The translations under genes and the position numbers were made by a program. Under the pieces are notes generated by a model. It searched no databases, was not told the DNA's origin, and saw nothing but the letters and a program-made list of their open reading frames with translations. A stretch of 37,700 bases of DNA from a virus (Duplodnaviria > Caudoviricetes): positions 1 through 37,700 of the IMG/VR virus record IMGVR_UViG_3300005326_000089; one strand, given 5' to 3'. Numbering within the stretch: position 1 is the first letter of the stretch; every line of letters begins with the position of its first letter. Shown here one piece after another: positions 16,897 to 25,319 of the stretch.

Positions 16897-19457
16897 GCGC
16901 ATCGAGCGCGCTGTCGATCATCGGTACCGCGGTCGGCGCCTGGCTGGGCGGCATGGTGGGCATGCCCACCGTGGGGGCTGCGATCGGCGGGTCTCTCGGC
17001 GGCGCGATCGGTGCAACGTTCGACCCGACGCAGAAGTTTGAAGGCCCGCGGCTTACCGACCTCCGCCTGCAGTCTTCGAGCTATGGCGTACCGCTCCCCC
17101 TCGTGTACGGGGCGGACAACCGCATATCCGGGGCCGTCATCTGGTCGACCGGCCTGATCGAGACCCGGAAGAAAAAGAAGTCCGGCGGCAAAGGGGGCGG
17201 CGGCGGTTCGTCCGTTACCACCTACTCTTACCGCACCTCGGCCGCGATCTCTCTAAGCGAAGGTCCCTGCAAAACGATCCGCCGCATTTGGGCGAACGGT
17301 AAAGTTCTGTTCGATCTGGCGAAGGTACAAGCCGAGGTCGACCGCCTCGACGGCATCGCCACCACGCGGGACGCGCAGGCCGACGCAGCGGAGGCGGCGC
17401 TAGCGGCCGCGATCGCGGCCGGAGACCCGCCCGAGGTCCTCGCCGAGCTTCAAGCAGCGGCCACCGCGGCGCGTGCGTACGCAGACGCGGCAGCGGCAGC
17501 GGCGGCAGCGGCAGCGGCAGCCCTCGCGGCCGCAACGGCGGGTAACGCCCCCTGGACGCTGGCGAAGGGCAACGGACTACCGCGCGGGCCGCTCAAGTCC
17601 TTGAGCTTTTACCCCGGCAACTCCACGCAGGACCCCGACCCGATTATCGAAGCGAAGGTAGGCGCCGGCCTGGCCCCCGCTTACCGCGGGGTATGCTATG
17701 TGGTACTCGGCGATCTGCAACTGGCGAACTATGGCAACAGCCTTCCGAACCTGGAATTTGAATTCGACGGCATGGCGCCCCGCACGGTGGGGGCCATCGT
17801 TACCGATATTTGCGAGCGCTCCGGGATGCGAGTCGGTGAATACTCCACGCATTCGGCGCTATTCGGCCGCAGTGTGGCGGGGTATTCGGCGGCTACCGCC
17901 AACAACGGCATGGCGGCGGTCGTCCCGCTGCAAGGGGTGTATTTCTTCGACACTGCCGAGCAAGGCGGAGAGGTGCGTTTCATCCCGCGCGGCCTCGGGC
18001 CCAAAGCGGCCATTCCAGCGGAGGATACCGCCGCGCGCGATCGGGCGGACGCTACGCCGGAACGCTGGCTCATCGAGCGGGCGCCGGACTTCGACCTACC
18101 GCACGAGGTGGCGCTAACCTACAAAGACCCGGAACGGGACTTCCAGGAGAACACGCAGCGGGCCGTCCGCCTGTTCGGCGACGCCTATTCGGTCGTGTCC
18201 CTGCAGGCGGCGGTAACGCTTACGGCGGACGAGGCGCGCAAGATTGTCGACCGAGCACTGTGGGAGGCATGGAGCAACCGCGCGGCATCGCGGTTCGCGG
18301 CGACAGACAAGTACCGGTTCCTCAATGCCGGGGATGTGATAGCGCTCGAGGTGGCCGGGACGTGGGTTCCGCTCCGCATCGAGAACCGCACGCGCGGCGC
18401 CAACAGGCGTATCGACTTTGAACTCGCGATGGAGGACCCGTTTGTCTATGAGGGGTCGACCGCCGGAGCCTCGGCGCCAGTCATCACGAACGCGGCGGCC
18501 GATGTGGGCGACACGTTCGCCCTTGCGATCAACACGCCGATCCTGGCCGCGGGGCAGTCCTCCACATCGTTTGGGTACGTGATCGACGGGGCGGAGGCCG
18601 GGTGGTCCGGGGGCGCGATCCTGCGGAGCACGGACGGGGGCGCGTCCTACTCCGAGATCGAGTCGTCCGGCGAGCGCAACACTACCGGCACGGTGGCCGC
18701 GGCGCTACCGGCCGGGTCGACCAGCACGTGGGACCGCGTTAATACCATCACCGTCCAGCTACTGCACGCCGACCACGAGCTCGAGAGCCTGGACGAAGCG
18801 GATATCCTCAACGGCAAAAACGCGGCCTGGCTGGGCGCGGCGGACGGTTCGCACGGGGAGATTATCCAGTTCGCCACCGCCACGCTTTCGAGCACCTCGC
18901 CCAAGGTCTACGTCCTATCTGACCTCCTCCGCGGGCGACGCGCAACGGAACACGAGGCCGCGCTGCACGGAGCGGACGAGGTTTTCGTATTCCTCGAGGC
19001 AGATCTGATGCGCTCGGCGGATTACGATACCGCCGATTGGGACCGGGAGCGCCTGTACAAGGGGGTTTCCGTGTATGACGCCGAGGAGGACGTGGTCGAC
19101 GTGCAGGCCTTCACCAACGTCGGCGAGCGGGCGAAACCCCGGGCCCCGGTGCACGGTGCTGGCACGCGGGACGGTTCCAACAATTTGACGCTCACGTGGG
19201 TCCGCCGCGTGCGGGGGTTCCAGGTAGGCATCGGGTACGGTAGCCTCCCCCTGGACGAGCAGACGGAGAGCTACGAGGTCGACGTGGTCGTCGGCGGGGT
19301 GGTGAAGCGCACCATCACCGCGAGCACCCCGGCCGCCAGCTACACGGCGGCGCAACAGACGGCGGACGGCATCACCCCGGGCAACCCGGTAACGGTCCGC
19401 ATCTATCAACTCTCGGCCACGCGCGGGCGCGGCCACAAGGGGGAATTTACGGTATGA
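16893..19457 (+). CDS. Tail tip / host-specificity protein (GTA-like phage tail protein)
   Basis: EGPRLTDL..QSSSYG.PLP.VYG, RIWANGK, PAYRG.CYVV..DL.LA.YGN.LPNLEFE, GEIIQFA.A, LLRGRRATE. Confidence 0.88.
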   Translation: MSASSALSIIGTAVGAWLGGMVGMPTVGAAIGGSLGGAIGATFDPTQKFEGPRLTDLRLQSSSYGVPLPLVYGADNRISGAVIWSTGLIETRKKKKSGGKGGGGGSSVTTYSYRTSAAISLSEGPCKTIRRIWANGKVLFDLAKVQAEVDRLDGIATTRDAQADAAEAALAAAIAAGDPPEVLAELQAAATAARAYADAAAAAAAAAAAALAAATAGNAPWTLAKGNGLPRGPLKSLSFYPGNSTQDPDPIIEAKVGAGLAPAYRGVCYVVLGDLQLANYGNSLPNLEFEFDGMAPRTVGAIVTDICERSGMRVGEYSTHSALFGRSVAGYSAATANNGMAAVVPLQGVYFFDTAEQGGEVRFIPRGLGPKAAIPAEDTAARDRADATPERWLIERAPDFDLPHEVALTYKDPERDFQENTQRAVRLFGDAYSVVSLQAAVTLTADEARKIVDRALWEAWSNRAASRFAATDKYRFLNAGDVIALEVAGTWVPLRIENRTRGANRRIDFELAMEDPFVYEGSTAGASAPVITNAAADVGDTFALAINTPILAAGQSSTSFGYVIDGAEAGWSGGAILRSTDGGASYSEIESSGERNTTGTVAAALPAGSTSTWDRVNTITVQLLHADHELESLDEADILNGKNAAWLGAADGSHGEIIQFATATLSSTSPKVYVLSDLLRGRRATEHEAALHGADEVFVFLEADLMRSADYDTADWDRERLYKGVSVYDAEEDVVDVQAFTNVGERAKPRAPVHGAGTRDGSNNLTLTWVRRVRGFQVGIGYGSLPLDEQTESYEVDVVVGGVVKRTITASTPAASYTAAQQTADGITPGNPVTVRIYQLSATRGRGHKGEFTV

Positions 19458-19873
19458 CCACGACCGCCGATATCGGCCTGCCCGAGGTGGCGAGCCAACA
19501 AGCGCAGCCCGAGGTAACGCACAACGAGGCCCTGGCGATGCTCTCGGCCATGCTCAACGGGGTAATCTCTGCGGGAGACAACACTCCGCCGGCCGGTTCC
19601 CCGGGCCCTACCGAGGGCGACGCCTACATCGTCGGCACCGCACCGACCGGGGCGTGGGCGGGGCGAGCAAATACGATCGCGGTCTATACCGGCGGCGGGT
19701 GGCGGTTCATTCCCGACCGCAACGACGCCGGCACCGTCATCACGATGGGTACGAGGCACAAGGGCATGACCACGTGGGTGCGGGACGACGGCGCCAGTCC
19801 GGCCGGAGGCAGCCTTTACCTGTGGAAAGGGGCGGCATGGGTCGCAGTCCCGGGAACGCGAGTCGCGGATTAA
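19454..19873 (+). CDS. DUF2793-domain tail-associated protein
   Basis: LP.VA..QAQPEVTHNEAL..L, EGDAYIVG..PTGAWAG, GGWRF.P. Confidence 0.85.
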   Translation: MTTTADIGLPEVASQQAQPEVTHNEALAMLSAMLNGVISAGDNTPPAGSPGPTEGDAYIVGTAPTGAWAGRANTIAVYTGGGWRFIPDRNDAGTVITMGTRHKGMTTWVRDDGASPAGGSLYLWKGAAWVAVPGTRVAD

Positions 19874-19917
19874 TCACGTGCGGGGCGAACTCAACTGTGC
19901 TATACAGGTCGGAAACA

Positions 19918-20166
19918 ATGCCTAACAATTCTGCGGACCGCTCGACTATGACAATCGTAGAGGCAGCAGCAGCCAAAGTCACCCATGCGGCAGGACAAAC
20001 GTCCGCTATCGCGACAGTGTACTTTGGACTCACCCTGAACGAGCTGGGCATCGTCGTCGGTATCGTTTGTTCGCTTGCGATGGCCGCGGCCAACGTGTTC
20101 TTTACCTGGCGTCGCGATCGGCGCGAGGAACGCGAGCTGCAGCGGCGCTTGGGGGAAGGGGCGTAG
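19918..20166 (+). CDS. Putative holin
   Basis: FGLTLNELGIVVGIVCSLAMAAANVFFTW hydrophobic segment followed by a charged tail (RRDRREERE); directly upstream of the endolysin; alternative ATG at 19948. Confidence 0.75.
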   Translation: MPNNSADRSTMTIVEAAAAKVTHAAGQTSAIATVYFGLTLNELGIVVGIVCSLAMAAANVFFTWRRDRREERELQRRLGEGA

Positions 20167-20167
20167 C

Positions 20168-20638
20168 ATGCGAAGGGTAGCGGCGGGCCTCCTGGTTCTG
20201 TCCGCTGCCGGCGGGGCGTTCATTGCCTCGCACGAGGGCACGCGACTTGCGGCCTACCTGGACCCCGTAGGCCTCCCCACAATCTGCACCGGGTCGACCG
20301 AGGGCGTCCGCCTCGGCCAGGTGGCCACCTTCGAGGAGTGCAACGCGCGCCTGCAGCGTGACACCACGCACGCCGGCCGGGCGGTAGCGGCCTGCACCCG
20401 TGTGGGCATCACGCAAGCGCAATACGACGCGCTCGTGTCGCTCGCCTTCAACATCGGCCAGGCCGCCTATTGCGGCTCAACGCTGGCCCGCAAACTCAAC
20501 GCTGGGGACTGCTGGGGCGCGGGCGCGGAATTCCCCCGGTGGATCTACGCCAAAGGCCGCCGGTTGAAGGGCCTCGAGCGGCGCCGAGCCGAGGAGCGCG
20601 TCGCCTTCGAGTCCGGATGCGATCGGGGGGCAGCGTGA
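20168..20638 (+). CDS. Endolysin, GH24 lysozyme with SAR N-terminus
   Basis: MRRVAAGLLVLSAAGGAFIA SAR-like segment; catalytic E-X8-D-X5-T (EGTRLAAYLDPVGLPT); YDALVSLAFNIG, STL.RKLNAGD, GL.RRR..ER. Confidence 0.93.
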   Translation: MRRVAAGLLVLSAAGGAFIASHEGTRLAAYLDPVGLPTICTGSTEGVRLGQVATFEECNARLQRDTTHAGRAVAACTRVGITQAQYDALVSLAFNIGQAAYCGSTLARKLNAGDCWGAGAEFPRWIYAKGRRLKGLERRRAEERVAFESGCDRGAA

Positions 20639-20883
20639 GCAAGCTACTGGAAGCGGTCGATCGGCACTTCCTGGTGCGGCGCCTAGCCTTCCTGGTGCTG
20701 CTCGCTCTCACCTGGCGGGCGTTCGATTGGGCCATGGCCTACGCGGCCACGAGCGAGCGCACCGGGGCGGATCTCGCCCTCGTGGTGGCGGTGGTAACGG
20801 CGCCCGTTGCCTGGCTGCAGAAGGCGGTGGTCGATCTCTACAACGTAGCGCGCGGGAGCACGAGCCATGCAAGCGGCGGATAA
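20635..20883 (+). CDS. Two-TM membrane protein in the lysis cassette (holin/antiholin-like)
   Basis: GTGA coupling to the endolysin stop; LVRRLAFLVLLALTW and LALVVAVVTAPVAWL hydrophobic segments. Confidence 0.6.
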   Translation: MSKLLEAVDRHFLVRRLAFLVLLALTWRAFDWAMAYAATSERTGADLALVVAVVTAPVAWLQKAVVDLYNVARGSTSHASGG

Positions 20884-21241
20884 TGGGGCGGTAGCGGTCA
20901 CACTGGAATGGTGCTCCGCGACGGTGCGAGCGGTGCAGTCCGTCCCCTGCGAGAGCAACCCGCGGCCCCCGTACCGAGCGGTCGCTACCATCACCCGAAT
21001 GTCCGACACGGTGGCGAAGATCAGCGGCCTGTGCGGCGAGGTGTCGCGCGGTCACATGTGGTTGCTCGCGCAACTGCTCCGCGGCGAGGGGTTCCGGTAT
21101 CTCTATGCCGAGCGTACCGCGGCGCATGTCGTGCCGGCGGCGGAGTTCATCGACGCGGGCGACTTCGCTGGACACTGGCGCCTAGACCTCGAGACCATGC
21201 AGGACCGGCGGCGCAGGCCCCGGGCGGCGGAGGGCTCTTGA
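20867..21241 (+). CDS. Hypothetical protein in the lysis cassette
   Basis: Fills the gap between the membrane protein and the spanin; globular-looking sequence; GGGAG upstream. Confidence 0.55.
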   Translation: MQAADNGAVAVTLEWCSATVRAVQSVPCESNPRPPYRAVATITRMSDTVAKISGLCGEVSRGHMWLLAQLLRGEGFRYLYAERTAAHVVPAAEFIDAGDFAGHWRLDLETMQDRRRRPRAAEGS

Positions 21242-21242
21242 T

Positions 21243-21617
21243 GTGCTACGCACCGTTCTGGTTACCGCCCTTATGGTGGGCGCACTATCTGGCTGGACTG
21301 GCTACCGCGTCGGCACTGGCATGGAGCGGGGGCGGGCGGCTACGCTCGCGGAGTCCGCTTCTGCGGTTGCACGTCGCAACGCTGCACACGAGGAGCAACG
21401 CAGGGCAGCGGCCGCCTTACGAGATGCACGGGCCGACGCTGCGGGTCGTGAAGTAGCGTTGCGGGCGCAGATTGATGCACTGGCGCGCGCTCCTCGTCCT
21501 GGCTGTGAGTGGGGCCCTGACAGGCTGCGCGGGGTCAATGCCGCGGTCGACCTCTACAACGGAGCGGGCGTGCCTGCAGCCCTGCCCGACGATGCCGAGG
21601 GCACCGGCGGGCGATGA
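21243..21617 (+). CDS. i-spanin (Rz-like)
   Basis: N-terminal TM (VLVTALMVGALSGWTGY), Ala/Arg coiled coil, C-terminal Cys. Confidence 0.78.
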   Translation: MLRTVLVTALMVGALSGWTGYRVGTGMERGRAATLAESASAVARRNAAHEEQRRAAAALRDARADAAGREVALRAQIDALARAPRPGCEWGPDRLRGVNAAVDLYNGAGVPAALPDDAEGTGGR

Positions 21618-21720
21618 GAGGGCGGTAGAGCTTTGGATTGTGGAGATCCTCGGCGCCGCCCGCCAGTGCCGCCAGCTTCACGACGCTTGTCGGGCGGGGC
21701 GCACCTCGACGGTGCCGTAG
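21475..21720 (+). CDS. o-spanin lipoprotein (Rz1-like), overlapping Rz
   Basis: MHWRALLVLAVSGALTG-C lipobox; Pro/Cys-containing mature part; starts inside Rz in another frame. Confidence 0.8.
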   Translation: MHWRALLVLAVSGALTGCAGSMPRSTSTTERACLQPCPTMPRAPAGDERAVELWIVEILGAARQCRQLHDACRAGRTSTVP

Positions 21721-21902
21721 AGCACGCGCATTGCGACACGGCCCGGGTGGTCGACGTCCGGACGTAGCGGCCCCTTGAACACAACCACCACGCCCCGCAA
21801 CGTGTTCGCGTACCAGACGCGCGGCACCTCGTACCCGTTGAGCAGCACGACGCGATTGCCGCGGCCGTCGTCGGCGCGATGCACATAGGAGGGGCGGGCC
21901 AT
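21678..21902 (-). CDS. Hypothetical protein
   Basis: 74 aa; GGAGG upstream; last gene of the minus-strand operon. Confidence 0.6.
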   Translation of the reverse strand: MARPSYVHRADDGRGNRVVLLNGYEVPRVWYANTLRGVVVVFKGPLRPDVDHPGRVAMRVLYGTVEVRPARQAS

Positions 21903-21903
21903 C

Positions 21904-22122
21904 CTAACAATCCTCCCGCACCGATAGCGCGAACTCCCACACGTCCCGGCCGACGCGCTGCTCCATACCGGGGGACAGCAGGAACTGGTCGAGCGCTATT
22001 TTCAGTAGCGCGATGCGCCCCGCGTCCGTTTGCGGGCGCAACGATCGGAGGTCCCGCGTCTGGCTGGGAGGTTCGACGGTGGCGCGCAGCCGAGTCATGA
22101 ATTCAGCAAACTCCTGTGTCAT
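21904..22122 (-). CDS. Hypothetical protein
   Basis: 72 aa, tightly packed in the operon, AGGGG upstream. Confidence 0.55.
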   Translation of the reverse strand: MTQEFAEFMTRLRATVEPPSQTRDLRSLRPQTDAGRIALLKIALDQFLLSPGMEQRVGRDVWEFALSVREDC

Positions 22123-22131
22123 GGTTGCCCC

Positions 22132-22320
22132 CTACCGTAGAGTTACCGTGCCTGCAAGAATCCGGGCCGCCTGCACTGCCTCGGCTCGGGACGTGTAGTA
22201 AGTCGGGCTGCCCTCGTCCGTTGTGAGTGCGACACGCCAAAGTTCGCCGGACGAGTCGGTCGGCACGGCGCGGGCGTGTCCACCCGGACCGATCGCGCTG
22301 AATGGGTTACTCGTCATCAT
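22132..22320 (-). CDS. Hypothetical protein
   Basis: MMTSNPFSAIG... 62 aa; fills the operon gap. Confidence 0.45.
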   Translation of the reverse strand: MMTSNPFSAIGPGGHARAVPTDSSGELWRVALTTDEGSPTYYTSRAEAVQAARILAGTVTLR

Positions 22321-22639
22321 GAGGAACCGCCTGGTAAAACGGGACCAGCGTGCAGCCGCGGCGGACTTCCGAGACGCGGCGGACCAGTCCGTACTCAATA
22401 CAGCAGCGGAGAGTGTGACGCGTGTTGTCGACCTCGGAGCCGATGTGCGCCGCGATGGTCTTGCACTCACGCATCCGGCCGTCCTCAAGGAAGTCGAGCA
22501 CTTTACGCATGGTCGGGCCGATACGCTTACGCCCGGGCAGGGAGCGAGGTTTCGCGGCCGGGAAGGCGGCGAGCTGTGACAGGAGGGACGGGAGTGCGAC
22601 CCGATGCCCGAGCTGTTCGGCGATGCTGGGAATGCTCAT
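22307..22639 (-). CDS. Hypothetical, possible winged-HTH DNA-binding protein
   Basis: ATGA coupling to the polymerase stop; KVLDFLEDG....KTIAAHIG......RHTL....EYGLVRR is wHTH-like. Confidence 0.55.
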   Translation of the reverse strand: MSIPSIAEQLGHRVALPSLLSQLAAFPAAKPRSLPGRKRIGPTMRKVLDFLEDGRMRECKTIAAHIGSEVDNTRHTLRCCIEYGLVRRVSEVRRGCTLVPFYQAVPHDDE

Positions 22640-24930
22640 TTCCGGTATCTCCTCCCGCGCCAGCCCCCCGACGCGCGTATCGGCCAGTCGTGCGCCCACG
22701 GGGGCATCGTGGACATGATGCGTTCAAACTCCTCGACGCTGCCGAACCCGTGCGGGACCTCGGCGACGTCCTCGTCATACACATGCAAAACGATCGGGTA
22801 CCCGGCCGCCTCGAGGTTCCGCATTCCGTACCACTGGATATCTCGCGCGGTGGCCTGAACGACGTTCTCGGTGAGCCGGCCGCCCCATGTGTCCATGCGG
22901 ATCCAGCCGACCGGGCCGTTCTTTGGGTTCGTGTTCCAGCCTTCGTAACTGATCGCGTACCCGGGGTCGCGCGTCGATGGCGACAGGCGCGGGCGGTGGT
23001 ACGTCAGCAGGCGCCCCGAGAGCAGGCGGCAGAAAAGCGCGTCGCTCGAGGCGAGGTAGTAGTACCCAATGCCGCGGAAGTCAAACCACTGGCCGGGGGA
23101 CAGCACCGCCTGGACGACGCAGCCCTCGAGGCCGAAATACTCCTGCCGATAGTCCGGGTCCCACGGGCGGCCGCGGAATTGACCGCCCCAAAATTCCACG
23201 ATGGCTGGGCTGTCCGCCCTCCACTTGAGGATGGCCCGCTTGATCTCGTCGTCCGTACCTTCAGCACCGAACGCGCGCCATGCCCCGACCCACCCCTGGT
23301 ATCCGGAGGCGAGCTCGGCCACCTTGCCTATTTTCTTGCGGGCGGGGTGGTGCTGGCCGGTCTCGGCTTTGTGGCGTAGAAACTCCTCGAACGGGATGCC
23401 AGTGATTTGCGAGGCCGACATTTCATAAATCTTGCCGTGGCCGCGGAATACCTCCATTCGCCATTCCTCTCCGGCGAGGGCGGCCAACACGACCGCCTCG
23501 ATCGCGGAGTAATCCGAGCAGATAAGGTCGTGGCCCGGGGCCGCCACAAAGAGCCCCCGCAGGCATGCCGCAATGACCGGCACCACCTGGCCCACGCCCC
23601 ACACGTACTCCCCCCACTCGAGCGAGCCGACGGCCAGCGACGCCAGTGCGTCCTCTACCGCCTCGGGGCACCACTCGACCGTGCTGGACGCCCAGCCGGG
23701 CCCGCCGCAGTGGGGGCACGAGGCGAGGGCCTTGCCGTAATGCTTGCCACACGTGGCGTCCGCGCACCGGCGCACCTCGGGCCCGCTGTTCGGCAGGTTC
23801 GTCGGCTGCGGGCCGGCGCCGGTAGTGCGGCCGGTGCGGGCAGCGTGGAACAGGAACAGGTCGTGCAGCCGGTCGGCGCGCGTGGCCTGGTGCTCCATCG
23901 CATAGAGCTTTTTGACGGCGGCCGAGCCGATGGCCTGGCGGATCTCAAGGGCGCGGCGCACATGCGGCGGGAGCGGCCCGCCGAGGGCAGCGTCTAGCGC
24001 GTCCTCATCAGCGGCCGGAAGATGCACGCCGGCGCCGGCGCACCATGCGACCAGCTTCTGCAACTCGCTCGCGGCCTGCACCGTCCCGCCGGTAAGGGCC
24101 TGCAGTTCCGCGTTGTACCGGGCGTGCGCCTGCTCGAGAACGGCAATGCACGAGCGCACCGCGGCCCGGTCGATCGCCACACCGCGGCGGTTTATGCGCT
24201 GGTCCATTTGCCAGTTCTGGAACTCGTCCGGCGAGAGATCCGGCACCGCGGCGGAAACGGCCGCCTCGGCGGCGATATCCTGGGCGTTGTAGGCGTAGAG
24301 CGCGGCGGCGCCTTCCGGGTCGGTCTCGGGACGGATGCGGCGGCGCGGGTCTTTCTTCGTGGGATTGCGCGGCTTGCTGAATTTATCTAGCAGCCGCTTA
24401 CCGTCTTTGTCCTTCTGCACGTCGAGCCCGAGCACCGCTCCGGCATTACCGAGCGCTCCGGGCAGCCCGAACGCGCGGGCCTTTGCCATCGCGCACCGCA
24501 GCTGCTCGCGCGGGAGAGGCGGCCAGTTGAGGCGGGGCGCGCACACGTTGCCCCACACCCAGCTCTCAAACCCCACATTCCACGCCTCGAGCAGCCCACC
24601 GCGGCCGATGTGGGCGAACAGGTCGACCGGCGGTAGCTGTCCGGGGCGCCAGTGGCGGCGGCCGCGGCCGTCCTTGAGGTCATAGGCGAGCGACAGCACC
24701 TCGCAGGAGGGCGCCTCGGAGTACACGGCCGCCCCCACCGCCGGGAGGCCACGGTTCTGGTCCCCGTACCCGGGCAGCGACCGCCACTTGTTCGCGGCCT
24801 CGTCCCATCGGTACCCTGCCTCCGAGTAGGTCTCAAAGTCGAAGTCGGGGAGGACGGTAGCAACGCCGAGCGCGGCGCGCATCTGGTAGCCGGCGGGGAG
24901 TTCCTCGAGGCGGGGCGGGGGAGGCAACAT
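22636..24930 (-). CDS. polA: Family A DNA polymerase with 3'-5' exonuclease domain
   Basis: Exo I DFETYS, AWNVGFE, YNAQD; ARTGR, QPTNLP, motif A DYSAIEA, motif B RKKIGKVAELASGY, ENVVQATARD, motif C LHVYDE. Confidence 0.95.
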   Translation of the reverse strand: MLPPPPRLEELPAGYQMRAALGVATVLPDFDFETYSEAGYRWDEAANKWRSLPGYGDQNRGLPAVGAAVYSEAPSCEVLSLAYDLKDGRGRRHWRPGQLPPVDLFAHIGRGGLLEAWNVGFESWVWGNVCAPRLNWPPLPREQLRCAMAKARAFGLPGALGNAGAVLGLDVQKDKDGKRLLDKFSKPRNPTKKDPRRRIRPETDPEGAAALYAYNAQDIAAEAAVSAAVPDLSPDEFQNWQMDQRINRRGVAIDRAAVRSCIAVLEQAHARYNAELQALTGGTVQAASELQKLVAWCAGAGVHLPAADEDALDAALGGPLPPHVRRALEIRQAIGSAAVKKLYAMEHQATRADRLHDLFLFHAARTGRTTGAGPQPTNLPNSGPEVRRCADATCGKHYGKALASCPHCGGPGWASSTVEWCPEAVEDALASLAVGSLEWGEYVWGVGQVVPVIAACLRGLFVAAPGHDLICSDYSAIEAVVLAALAGEEWRMEVFRGHGKIYEMSASQITGIPFEEFLRHKAETGQHHPARKKIGKVAELASGYQGWVGAWRAFGAEGTDDEIKRAILKWRADSPAIVEFWGGQFRGRPWDPDYRQEYFGLEGCVVQAVLSPGQWFDFRGIGYYYLASSDALFCRLLSGRLLTYHRPRLSPSTRDPGYAISYEGWNTNPKNGPVGWIRMDTWGGRLTENVVQATARDIQWYGMRNLEAAGYPIVLHVYDEDVAEVPHGFGSVEEFERIMSTMPPWAHDWPIRASGGWRGRRYRK

Positions 24931-24936
24931 GTCGCG

Positions 24937-25149
24937 TTATACCCTTCCGAGTTCGGCATCGACCAAGTGTGCAATCATGTGCGGATGGTGGCCGAGCGGA
25001 ACTTCGTCTCGGTACCGTGCGAGCAGGATGTGCAGCCGTCTCACCTTGTCCTGAAGGGCGATCTCTTTAGCGGTGGTTGCCTGTGTCACCTGCGAAAGCT
25101 CAAGAAAGAGCCGGTCTATCGTTTCGGTTTCCATACCTTCTTCTCCCAT
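24937..25149 (-). CDS. Hypothetical protein
   Basis: IDRLFLELSQVT..TTAKE; start may be the ATG at 25134. Confidence 0.6.
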   Translation of the reverse strand: MGEEGMETETIDRLFLELSQVTQATTAKEIALQDKVRRLHILLARYRDEVPLGHHPHMIAHLVDAELGRV

Positions 25150-25188
25150 TCAGCCACCGGGCATAACTCGGCGGTCAAGCGCGACGGG

Positions 25189-25308
25189 CTAAAGCCCGCC
25201 CCTTTGCTGGTCCTCGAGCTCGATCGCATCCAGGCGCGCGCGGAACATCCGGGACCCCCCGTAACAGAGCAGAGCGGCGAGCACGGCAAGTGTGAAAGCT
25301 ACGTCCAT
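25189..25308 (-). CDS. 39-aa single-TM peptide (MDVAFTLAVLAALLCYGGSRMFRARLDAIELEDQQRGGL), not in the ORF track
   Basis: AAGGGG SD upstream; fills the operon gap; hydrophobic N-terminus. Confidence 0.55.
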   Translation of the reverse strand: MDVAFTLAVLAALLCYGGSRMFRARLDAIELEDQQRGGL

Positions 25309-25319
25309 CGTCGTCCCCT

